This document shows, one piece after another, positions 55,914 to 64,000 of a DNA stretch of 64,000 nucleotides (the stretch's first letter is position 1; each line of letters starts with the position of its first letter). The notes under the pieces are model-generated. The model had not been told where the DNA came from and did not search any database. It saw only the letters and a program-made list of their open reading frames with translations. Location of the stretch: the NCBI GenBank assembly GCA_043744215.1, contig JAYTVC010000012.1:19246-83245 (forward strand). The letters run 5' to 3'. This DNA comes from Pseudomonadota bacterium. Its GTDB lineage: Bacteria > Pseudomonadota > Gammaproteobacteria > Burkholderiales > JBEEJL01. The translations under genes and the position numbers were made by a program.

Positions 55914-56724
55914 GTTCGCCCGTGTCAGGATGGGTGCTGAACAATCCTTTGAGGCCGCCGCCGGAGAGTGGGTTCATGATCATCATCTGCGCCGTTTCCG
56001 GATGCCTATCGGCCGTTTGCAGCGGCAGGCCTTGGGCGTAACGATGGATTTTTTCCAGCGCCGAAGCCAGTGCTTCCGGGTCGCCGGAAATCTCCGCGCC
56101 GCCGCGGTCCGCATGAAATTCCCGCGAGCGCGAAATCGCCATCTGGATTAACGACGCTGCCACGGGCGCCAAAAACATCATCAACATACTCACCACGATA
56201 TTAGAGCGGCCCTCGCTGTCGCGGGAGCCAAACATGCCGGCAAATTGCGCAAACGACGCAATGGCACCCGCCATGGTCGCGCTCACGGTTGAGGTCAGAA
56301 TATCGCGATGCTTCACGTGCGCCAGTTCATGCGCCATCACGCCGCGCAATTCGCGCTCGGTCAAAATTTTCATAATGCCGGTCGTCGCGGCCACCGCTGC
56401 GTGTTCAGGGTTGCGCCCCGTGGCAAAAGCGTTGGGCTGATCTTCGTTGATGAGAAATACTTTCGGCATGGGCAAGCCGGCGCGCTGAGAAAGATCTTTG
56501 ACGATGTTGTAATACTGAGGCGCCGTGGTTTCATCCACTTGCTGCGCGTTGTACATTTTCAGCACGGCTTTGTCGGAAAACCAGTAGGCATACCCGTTCA
56601 TGCCCGCCGCCATCAGCAGCGAAATGATCAAACCATTGAAGCCGCCGAGCGAAATACCGATCATGCCGAACAGCGCGACGATGGCCGCCATGAGAATGGA
56701 AGTCTTAAGCCAATTGCCGAACAT
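55879..56724 (-). CDS. htpX: M48-family zinc protease HtpX
   Basis: 281 aa with TM helices and the [10 protein letters not shown] zinc motif. Confidence 0.9.
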   Translation of the reverse strand: MFGNWLKTSILMAAIVALFGMIGISLGGFNGLIISLLMAAGMNGYAYWFSDKAVLKMYNAQQVDETTAPQYYNIVKDLSQRAGLPMPKVFLINEDQPNAFATGRNPEHAAVAATTGIMKILTERELRGVMAHELAHVKHRDILTSTVSATMAGAIASFAQFAGMFGSRDSEGRSNIVVSMLMMFLAPVAASLIQMAISRSREFHADRGGAEISGDPEALASALEKIHRYAQGLPLQTADRHPETAQMMIMNPLSGGGLKGLFSTHPDTGERVARLRAMARA

Positions 56725-56807
56725 GGTGTGTCCTTTTCTGAAATTTGCGTGCCGTTGCGACGCGCTTGTTAGATTATAGCGCGCCGCAAAAATTCAAGGC
56801 CTTGGCT

Positions 56808-57755
56808 TCAAACATCGAATTTGTCGCCCGCTTTAATGTCATTCGACGCCAAAAACTGCATGCTTGAAATCCGTTTACCGCCCGGTTTTTGCACTTCGTC
56901 GAGCTGCAAACCGCCGCTGCCGCAATCGATTGTAACTATTTGATTATTATGAATATTTATTGTGCCGGGCGCTGCGTGGTTTGCGCTTGCCGCAACCTGC
57001 GCGCGCCAAATTCGTAATGTTTCGCCCTTCAATTGTGTAAACGCGATCGGATACGGATTGAACGCACGAATTTTGCGTTCGATTTCTGTGGCGGATAAAC
57101 GCCAATCAATGCGCGCTTCCTGTTTGGTGATTTTGTGCGCGTAGGTGACGCCTTCGCTCGGCTGTTTGGTGCGCGCCCATTTATTGTCGCCGGGCCCGCT
57201 GCATTGCTGCCGCGCCAGCGCATCGACGATGCATTGCGCGCCCAGTTCAGCGAGTTTATCGTGCAGCGAAGCGGTGGTGTCATCCGGCTCTATCGCCATC
57301 GCGCGCGCGAGCAGCATGTCGCCCGTGTCAAGGCCCGCATCCATTTGCATAATGGTGATGCCGGTTTGTTTATCGCCCGCCTCAATGGCGCGATGTATCG
57401 GCGCCGCACCGCGCCAGCGCGGCAACAGCGAGGCGTGAATATTCAAGCAGCCCAGGCGCGGCAAGTTGAGTAGTGCTTGCGGCAAAATCAAACCGTAGGC
57501 CGCGACAATCATCGTATCGGCTTTGATTTCGTCTATGGTTTTTTGAACTTCGGCGCTTTTAAGCGAGGCGGGCTGCAACAACGGCAGCCGGTGTTCGAGC
57601 GCCAATAATTTTACGGCGCTGGCACTGAGTTTCATGCCGCGGCCTGCCGGTTTATCCGGCTGCGTGAGCACCAGGGCTATGTCGTGGCCGGCGCGAATCA
57701 GCGCGCCCAGCGCCGCCGCCGCAAAGTCGGGCGTGCCGGCAAAAATCAGGCGCAT
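56808..57755 (-). CDS. fmt: methionyl-tRNA formyltransferase
   Basis: ATG at 57755 (MRLIFAGTPDFAA). HASLLPRWRGAAPI motif. Downstream of def. Confidence 0.9.
   Translation of the reverse strand: MRLIFAGTPDFAAAALGALIRAGHDIALVLTQPDKPAGRGMKLSASAVKLLALEHRLPLLQPASLKSAEVQKTIDEIKADTMIVAAYGLILPQALLNLPRLGCLNIHASLLPRWRGAAPIHRAIEAGDKQTGITIMQMDAGLDTGDMLLARAMAIEPDDTTASLHDKLAELGAQCIVDALARQQCSGPGDNKWARTKQPSEGVTYAHKITKQEARIDWRLSATEIERKIRAFNPYPIAFTQLKGETLRIWRAQVAASANHAAPGTINIHNNQIVTIDCGSGGLQLDEVQKPGGKRISSMQFLASNDIKAGDKFDV
56931..56954 (+). repeat. degenerate 24-bp motif copy inside fmt
   Basis: TGTAACTATTTGATTATTATGAAT (19/24 to consensus). Confidence 0.5.
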
Positions 57756-57780
57756 TGGCTGGTGGGGAAGATGAGAGAAA

Positions 57781-58284
57781 TCAGGCGGGTTCCCGTTCAC
57801 GTTTTTTCAGCTTGGCGACGATGCGGGTTTGCTTCAGGCGCGACAGATATTCGACAAACACTTTGCCTTTGAGATGATCCATTTCGTGCTGGATGCATAC
57901 GGCAAGCAATCCTTCGGCGTCGAGAGAAAACGCTTTGCCATCGCGGCCCAGCGCTTCGACCGTGATTTTTTCTGCGCGCTCCACCACATCAAAAATCTCC
58001 GGCACCGACAGGCAGCCTTCTTCACGTTTCGCGCTGCCTTCGGCGCGGGTAATTTTTGGATTGATCAAAACCAATAATTGATTGCGCGTTTCCGATACGT
58101 CGATAACGATCAGTTGTTCATGCACATCGACCTGGGTGGCGGCGAGGCCGACGCCAGGGGCGGTATACATCGTCTCGGCCATGTCGTCCGCCAATTGGCG
58201 GATACGGACATCGACGGCAGCGACCGTTTTAGCAACGGTGTGCAGCCGATCATCGGGATAGCGCAGGATTTTGAGTATCGTCAT
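57781..58284 (-). CDS. def: peptide deformylase
   Basis: 167 aa with the [15 protein letters not shown] and HEMDHL motifs. Confidence 0.95.
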   Translation of the reverse strand: MTILKILRYPDDRLHTVAKTVAAVDVRIRQLADDMAETMYTAPGVGLAATQVDVHEQLIVIDVSETRNQLLVLINPKITRAEGSAKREEGCLSVPEIFDVVERAEKITVEALGRDGKAFSLDAEGLLAVCIQHEMDHLKGKVFVEYLSRLKQTRIVAKLKKREREPA

Positions 58285-58452
58285 ACACGTTAAGACCTGT
58301 GAAACAGTTCACAGTTTAGTCATTGAATTTGCTTGCTAATTGAACGGACTACGGGCAGAATTTGCTGTATTACATGAAGCTGAGGCGGCCTTATTTCGTA
58401 CCTGCCTTCCCTCTGGCGTTCAGCAAAAACCCCAATAATCCCGGGACAACCT

Positions 58453-59502
58453 ATGCAAAAACTTATTATAACGCTAGTTTTGATTGCCAGTGCCATGCTC
58501 GGCGTGGCGCGTGCTGCCGATCTGGAACTGGTTGATAACCCGCCGGACCAATACACCGTGGTGAAGGGCGATACCTTGTGGGGCATTGCCGGTAAATTTC
58601 TCAAGAAGCCGCAGCTTTGGCCCCAAATCTGGCAAATGAACCAGTCGCAAATCAAGGACCCTCACTGGATATACCCTGGCGATGTGGTTTTTCTAGACCG
58701 CTCCGGCGCCACGCCGCGCCTGACGCTCGGCCGTCCGGTGGGCAACGGTTCGAGCGACGGCACCGTTAAACTTTCCCCGCAAATCCGCGGCCAAAGCCTT
58801 GGTGCCGGCGCGATTCCCAGCATTCCCGCTGCCGCCATTGAGCCTTTCCTGACCAAGCCGCTGATCGTCGATGCCGGCGCGCTGGCCACCGCCCCCGTTG
58901 TGCTCGGCACGGAAGAAGGCCGTGTCATCATCGGTGCCGGCAGTATCATGTATGTAGAAAACCTGAATGATGACCGCGTAGCCAAATGGCAGATTTATCG
59001 CCAGGGTGTGCCGCTGAAAGACCCGGAGACAAACGAGCTGCTGGGCTACGAAGCGTTTTACCTCGGCGATGCGGTGCTGAAAAAATTCGGCCCCGTCAGC
59101 ACCATGGAAGTGACGCGCTCGACAGAAGAAATCATCCGTGGCGATCGACTGGTTGCCGTGACTGAAAACCGCTTCCCCTCCTACGTGCCGCGCGCGCCGG
59201 AATATGCCATCAATGGCCGCATTATGCATGTGCACAACGGCGTAGCAGAAACCGGCAAGGGCCATATCGTATCCATCAACAAAGGTGCCACCAGCGGCAT
59301 TGAAGCGGGCCATGTGTTGACCCTCAAACGAAAAGGCGAACTCGTAAAAAGTTTGCAAAAAGAAAAGACGCTGATTCAACTACCCGATGAAGACAATGGC
59401 GATTTGTATATTTTCCGTATTTTCAATCGCGTGTCTTACGGCATGATTATGGACAGCAAGCGCACCGTGCATGTGGGCGATGCCGTAACCAGCGGCAAGT
59501 AA
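58453..59502 (+). CDS. LysM-domain exported protein
   Basis: Signal peptide and the LysM motif YTVVKGDTLWGIAGKFL..PQLWPQIW. Confidence 0.8.
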   Translation: MQKLIITLVLIASAMLGVARAADLELVDNPPDQYTVVKGDTLWGIAGKFLKKPQLWPQIWQMNQSQIKDPHWIYPGDVVFLDRSGATPRLTLGRPVGNGSSDGTVKLSPQIRGQSLGAGAIPSIPAAAIEPFLTKPLIVDAGALATAPVVLGTEEGRVIIGAGSIMYVENLNDDRVAKWQIYRQGVPLKDPETNELLGYEAFYLGDAVLKKFGPVSTMEVTRSTEEIIRGDRLVAVTENRFPSYVPRAPEYAINGRIMHVHNGVAETGKGHIVSINKGATSGIEAGHVLTLKRKGELVKSLQKEKTLIQLPDEDNGDLYIFRIFNRVSYGMIMDSKRTVHVGDAVTSGK

Positions 59503-59527
59503 ATTCCTCTTTGTAGCTTTCTATACC

Positions 59528-60631
59528 ATGGCGGACCGCGATCAAGAAGCGCTGCTATGGGTGGCGCTGGCAAGTATTCCCGGCCTAGGCGATGAATCGT
59601 TACGCAAACTGCTCAAGGCCTTCGGGCTTCCATCACAGATTTTTTCCAAAACCGGAAGCGAGCTGGGCAACGTAGTCAAACGTCCTATTGCCCGCGCCAT
59701 TGCCGATGGCCCCAACGAAGCGGCGCTAGAAGAGACCCGCGACTGGTTGGCCCAACCGGAAAATCATCTGGTGACACTTGCCGACGAGCAGTATCCGAAA
59801 TCATTGCTCGATTTGCCCGATGCGCCGCCGATGTTGTACGTTAAAGGTCATGTTGAACTACTTGCCGCACCGAGCATGGCCATCGTTGGCAGCCGCAATG
59901 CCACACCCCAGGGCGAACAGAATGCCGAAGCCTTTGCTGAAGCATTAAGCCATGCCGGTATCACGATCATCAGCGGTCTCGCATTAGGTATTGACGCCGC
60001 CGCCCACCGCGGAGGCTTGCGCGGCAAAGGCAGCACGATCGCCGTAGTCGGCACCGGCCTCGATACGGTTTACCCGGCTCGCAACAAAACCCTCGCCCAT
60101 CAGATCGCCAAGGAAGGCACGCTGGTGTCGGAATTTGCGCTCGGCACCATTCCTGATCGAGCCAATTTTCCCCGCCGCAATCGCATCATCAGCGGGCTGT
60201 CGCGGGGTGTATTGGTGGTTGAAGCGGCGTTGTCCAGCGGCTCACTCATCACCGCCAAACTCGCTGCCGAGCAGGGCCGCGATGTGTTTGCTATTCCCGG
60301 CTCGATTCATTCGCCGTTTTCCAAAGGCTGCCATGCGTTGATCAAGCAAGGTGCCAAATTGGTGGAAAGCGCCGAAGATGTAATGGAAGAACTGGCCTGG
60401 CACTCGGCCGCGCGCAATCATGATGGGTCAATTGGTGAAGATAACCCAGGCGAAAGCGAAGCACATCCGCTACTGCAACACATGGGTTACGACGCCGTCT
60501 CCATGGATGCGTTAAGCGCCCGCGCGCAATGGCCGGCGGAAGAAATCTCTCGCGCTTTGTTGGAACTCGAGCTGGCCGGCGAAGTCAGCAGTTTGTCCGG
60601 TGGACTTTATCAGCGCTTGAAAAAAGCCTGA
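59528..60631 (+). CDS. dprA: DNA-processing protein DprA
   Basis: 367 aa. IVGSRNATPQG...GLALGIDAAAHRG...FPRRNRIISGLS Rossmann-like core. Confidence 0.9.
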   Translation: MADRDQEALLWVALASIPGLGDESLRKLLKAFGLPSQIFSKTGSELGNVVKRPIARAIADGPNEAALEETRDWLAQPENHLVTLADEQYPKSLLDLPDAPPMLYVKGHVELLAAPSMAIVGSRNATPQGEQNAEAFAEALSHAGITIISGLALGIDAAAHRGGLRGKGSTIAVVGTGLDTVYPARNKTLAHQIAKEGTLVSEFALGTIPDRANFPRRNRIISGLSRGVLVVEAALSSGSLITAKLAAEQGRDVFAIPGSIHSPFSKGCHALIKQGAKLVESAEDVMEELAWHSAARNHDGSIGEDNPGESEAHPLLQHMGYDAVSMDALSARAQWPAEEISRALLELELAGEVSSLSGGLYQRLKKA

Positions 60632-60831
60632 ATTCTTTTTTCAGAGGCTATTTCGCGGCCGTCGTTTCAAAAAAAATTTTTGCCGCAAACTTTCGCGTAA
60701 TCAATATGATGTAAATTTATTCGTGTGTATTTTTTACGCGCGTTTGTGTGATATGTTTGCATTGCCTTGAAAACATTCTTATTATCTGTGCCTTCCCGCG
60801 CTTGGCGCGCCCTTCCGGATACTCTATATAT

Positions 60832-63606
60832 ATGTCCAGCAGCCTGCTGATTGTCGAATCTCCCTCTAAAGCCAAAACCCTGAAAAAATATCTGGGTAAG
60901 GGCTACGAAATTCTCGCGTCCTACGGCCACGTGCGCGACCTGGTGCCGAAAACCGGCGCGGTCGATACGGAAAATAATTTCGAGATGAAGTACGAACTCA
61001 TCGACCGCAATAAAAAACACGTCGATGCGATTATCGCCGCCGCGAAAAAAGCCGACCACATTCTGCTGGCAACCGACCCAGACCGCGAAGGGGAAGCGAT
61101 TGCCTGGCATTTGTCGGAAATTCTGAAAGAAAAAAAAGTGCTCAAGGGCAAATCGCTTAAGCGCGTGCGTTTTTATGAAATCACGCAGTCGGCTGTGCGC
61201 GAAGCGGTCGACAACCCCAACGATATCGAAATGCCGCTGGTGAATGCACAACAGGCGCGCCGCGCGCTGGATTATCTGGTGGGCTTCAATCTCTCGCCGC
61301 TTTTGTGGAAAAAAATTCGCCGGGGTTTATCCGCCGGTCGCGTGCAAAGCCCCGCGCTGCGTTTGATTGTCGAACGCGAACAGGAAATCGAAAAATTCAA
61401 ATCGCAGGAATATTGGTCACTGCACATGGAAGCGTTGAAGGGCAAACAGCCCTTCGGCGCTAAACTGATTCAATTCAAGGGCGAAAAAATCACCCAATTC
61501 AGCGTCACTGACGACAAGCAGCAGGCCGAAATCGTCAAGTTTCTCGAACAAAACGCCAAGGGTAAAACCACCGTCGTCAACATCGAGAAAAAACGCAAAC
61601 AACGTTCACCGACCGCGCCGTTCACCACCTCTACGTTGCAACAGGAAGCCGTGCGCAAGCTGGGCTTCACCACGGACCGCGCCATGAAAGTCGCGCAGCA
61701 ATTGTATGAAGGTGTCGATATCGGCGAAGGCACGGTGGGTTTGATTACCTACATGCGTACCGACTCGGTGAATTTATCCAAGGAGGCCATCGCCGATATT
61801 CGCGCCTACATTGGCAAAAATTTCAGCAAGGATTATGTGCCGGCCAGCCCCAATACCTTCGCCAACAAATCCAAAAACGCCCAGGAAGCCCACGAGGCGA
61901 TCCGCCCGACGGCGATTTCACGCACGCCACAAAGCCTGGAAAAATATTTGCACGCCGATTTGTTCCGTCTCTACGACATGATCTGGAAGCGCACGCTCGC
62001 GTCGCAAATGACCAATGCGCAATACGATACGGTTGCGGCGGATTTATCGGTAGGCGGCGAGAAAAATTTGTTCCGCGCCAATGGCCAGACGCTGGTGTTT
62101 CCCGGCTTCATGGCCGTCTATCTGGAAGACCAGGACGACGCGGAAGAAGAAGGCGAAAGCAAATTGCCCGTGTTGGAAAAAGGCGAGACGCTACCCATCA
62201 ACAAACTTTTCGGCGAACAACATTTCACCCAGCCGCCGCCGCGCTACTCGGAAGCGAGTTTGGTAAAGGCGCTGGAAGAACACGGCATCGGCCGCCCTTC
62301 CACCTATGCGAGCATCATTTCAACTTTGCAATCGCGCGAATATGCAACGCTGGATAAAAAACGTTTCCAGCCAACCGACGTCGGCACCGTGGTGAGCAAA
62401 TTTCTCACCGAACATTTCACCCGCTACGTCGATTACGATTTCACCGCCAAACTGGAAGACGATCTCGACATTGTTTCCACCGGCAAAAAAGAATGGATCC
62501 CGCTGCTGCGCAGCTTCTGGAAAGATTTCAGCAAACAGATTACCGAAAAAGAATCCGTCTCCCGCGCCGATGTGACGCAGGAAAAACTCGACGAGGCCTG
62601 CCCCAAATGCGGTAAGCCGTTGTCGATTCGTTTGGGCCGTCGCGGAAAATTTGTCGGCTGCACCGCCTATCCCGAATGTGATTTCACTCGCAACCTCGAC
62701 GGCACCTCACAAGCCGACGGCCCGAAAATTATTGGCGAATTTCCCAAGACCAAACAAAATATGTTGTTGCTCAACGGCCCTTTCGGTCCGTATTTGCAAC
62801 TGGGCGAATCGGTAGAAGGCGAAGAGAAAAAACCCAAGCGCGTATCGATTCCAAAAAATATTTTGCCCGATCAAGTCACGATAGAAATCGCCGTGCAATT
62901 ATTGTCGCTACCACGCGAACTCGGTATGCACAGCGGCACCGGCAAAAAAGTCATTGTCAACATCGGACGCTTCGGCCCATATATCAATCACGACGGCGCA
63001 TTCAAATCGATTCCGCGCACGGACAATATTTTTGATATTGCTTTGCCCCGCGCTGAAGAATTATTGGCCGAACCCAAATCCGCCGGACGCGGCGCGCTGC
63101 GCATCGTCGGCAAACATCCGGATGACGGCGAGAGCATCGGCGTCTATGACGGCCGCTACGGCGCGTACGTCAAGCACGGCAAAATCAACGCCACGTTACC
63201 AAGCGGCACCACGCCGGAATCCGTCACGTTGGAAGAGGCTGTGGACTTGCTCGCCGCCCGTGCCGCCAAAGGCCCAAGCGCCAAGAAAGGTCGCGCCGGC
63301 AAAAAAACCGCAACCAAAAAAGCGGCGGCCAAGAAAACTGCTACCAAGAAAAAAGCGGAAGCAGAAACGGAAGAAGTAAAACCCGCCGCCAAAAAAACCA
63401 GCGTAAAGAAAAAAGCAGTAGAGGAAGAAGAAAAGCCAGTAGCTAAAAAAGTGGCGGCGAAAAAACCCGCTGCTAAAAAAGCGGTAGTCGAAGAAATCAA
63501 AGCCGTCACCAAAAAGAAAGCGGCCGTGAAAAAAGTGGCAAAAAAAGCAAGCGCAAAAACAACAGCCGCCAAAAAGCAAGCGGATAAAACCAAAAAGAAA
63601 GCTTAG
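60832..63606 (+). CDS. topA: DNA topoisomerase I with a Lys/Ala-rich C-terminal tail
   Basis: ATG at 60832 (MSSSLLIVESPSKAKT, TOPRIM). Catalytic region GLITYMRTDS, C-terminal zinc-ribbon CPKCG...CTAYPEC, then a 111-aa KA-rich tail. Confidence 0.95.
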   Translation: MSSSLLIVESPSKAKTLKKYLGKGYEILASYGHVRDLVPKTGAVDTENNFEMKYELIDRNKKHVDAIIAAAKKADHILLATDPDREGEAIAWHLSEILKEKKVLKGKSLKRVRFYEITQSAVREAVDNPNDIEMPLVNAQQARRALDYLVGFNLSPLLWKKIRRGLSAGRVQSPALRLIVEREQEIEKFKSQEYWSLHMEALKGKQPFGAKLIQFKGEKITQFSVTDDKQQAEIVKFLEQNAKGKTTVVNIEKKRKQRSPTAPFTTSTLQQEAVRKLGFTTDRAMKVAQQLYEGVDIGEGTVGLITYMRTDSVNLSKEAIADIRAYIGKNFSKDYVPASPNTFANKSKNAQEAHEAIRPTAISRTPQSLEKYLHADLFRLYDMIWKRTLASQMTNAQYDTVAADLSVGGEKNLFRANGQTLVFPGFMAVYLEDQDDAEEEGESKLPVLEKGETLPINKLFGEQHFTQPPPRYSEASLVKALEEHGIGRPSTYASIISTLQSREYATLDKKRFQPTDVGTVVSKFLTEHFTRYVDYDFTAKLEDDLDIVSTGKKEWIPLLRSFWKDFSKQITEKESVSRADVTQEKLDEACPKCGKPLSIRLGRRGKFVGCTAYPECDFTRNLDGTSQADGPKIIGEFPKTKQNMLLLNGPFGPYLQLGESVEGEEKKPKRVSIPKNILPDQVTIEIAVQLLSLPRELGMHSGTGKKVIVNIGRFGPYINHDGAFKSIPRTDNIFDIALPRAEELLAEPKSAGRGALRIVGKHPDDGESIGVYDGRYGAYVKHGKINATLPSGTTPESVTLEEAVDLLAARAAKGPSAKKGRAGKKTATKKAAAKKTATKKKAEAETEEVKPAAKKTSVKKKAVEEEEKPVAKKVAAKKPAAKKAVVEEIKAVTKKKAAVKKVAKKASAKTTAAKKQADKTKKKA

Positions 63607-63640
63607 TGCTGCATGCTTAGCTGCTTTGCACTCAATTAAA

Positions 63641-63667
63641 ATAGCCGTCGTAAGACGGCTATTTTAT
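63641..63667 (+). terminator. intrinsic terminator of topA
   Basis: AGCCGTC gtaa GACGGCT followed by ATTTTATT. Confidence 0.75.
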
Positions 63668-63689
63668 TCAATAAAATCAAATGCATACG
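63666..63689 (-). repeat. 24-bp AT-rich dispersed motif copy (left part degenerate)
   Basis: Minus strand reads CGTATGCATTTGATTTTATTGAAT. It is adjacent to, and slightly overlaps, the topA terminator. Confidence 0.55.
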
Positions 63690-63912
63690 TAATTACGGCT
63701 TCGCAAAAGTGTTGTGAGGCACAATCTCCTAGCGACTAGGAACAAACATCGACTCCCTTTTGCTGGCACAATTTGTTTGATCGTACACAGCTTCTTAATT
63801 AAGCACTGAGCGACACATGGTCTGCAGTGATATTGACCGCCTCCAACGAGTCATTTACATTAAATTGACCCTTTGAGAAACTCGTTATTAATCAAAATAG
63901 AGGTTTTTCTTA

Positions 63913-64000
63913 ATGTCTACTCAGCGCTATACCGTCACCCCACATCCAGTCGAAACCCTAATGACGTGGGTAAAATCCGGTGAGATTGCTATTCCTGAAA
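63913..64000 (+). CDS. N-terminus of a DUF262-like (GmrSD/ParB-nuclease-type) protein, truncated by the window edge
   Basis: [29 protein letters not shown] ends where DUF262 proteins carry the G.I.IPE(F)QR motif. Only 29 codons are visible. Confidence 0.35.
   Translation, partial: MSTQRYTVTPHPVETLMTWVKSGEIAIPE

Noticed and set aside
63641-63660. The topA terminator stem GCCGTC...GACGGC resembles part of the Neisseria DNA uptake sequence.
   Set aside because: Only about 6-7 nt coincide and the flanking TCTGAA part is missing. I saw no other copies, so it is an ordinary terminator.

Overview
This is about 64 kb of a proteobacterial chromosome. The synteny (rsmB-DUF4390-ntrY-ntrX, def-fmt, dprA-topA, a PEP-CTERM-type EPS locus) looks betaproteobacterial, but that is inference only.

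Layout, left to right:
- 1-7.8 kb: housekeeping genes. These are gcvH, gcvPA, tpx, gcvPB, dgkA, a PfkB kinase, an acyltransferase, apaH and a c-type cytochrome.
- 7987-8063: tRNA-Arg(CCG).
- 8.2-22.5 kb: an accessory-looking block, all on the minus strand. It is headed by an ECF sigma/anti-sigma pair and encodes only exported proteins: two caspase-fold C14 proteases, an OmpA-like protein, a lipoprotein, a lipase-like hydrolase, a GIN-like protein and two autotransporters. One autotransporter carries 11 tandem ~103-aa repeats.
- 22.9-25.7 kb: a NarL-type two-component system plus an orphan CheY-like regulator.
- 25.9-47.6 kb: a ~20 kb minus-strand exopolysaccharide locus of the PEP-CTERM-associated type, plus manC.
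- 47.7-63.6 kb: core genes. These are an APC permease, a TPR protein, ntrX, ntrY, DUF4390, rsmB, htpX, fmt, def, a LysM protein, dprA and topA.
- 63.6-64 kb: an AT-rich edge where a DUF262-like gene begins.

Best candidates for something new:
1. The ECF-governed envelope module with exported caspase-fold proteases. A 28-nt ECF-type promoter architecture occurs upstream of two of its operons.
2. A dispersed 24-bp AT-rich motif (TGTAACATATTGATTATATTGAAT) with at least 13 copies. It embeds a perfect IHF consensus and often sits next to hairpins at transcription-unit borders. One copy lies in frame inside rsmB, and two copies flank a transposase-like pseudogene.

No CRISPR array, rRNA, intact transposase or integrase was seen. 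All family assignments come from reading the translated ORFs by eye. No database search was run.
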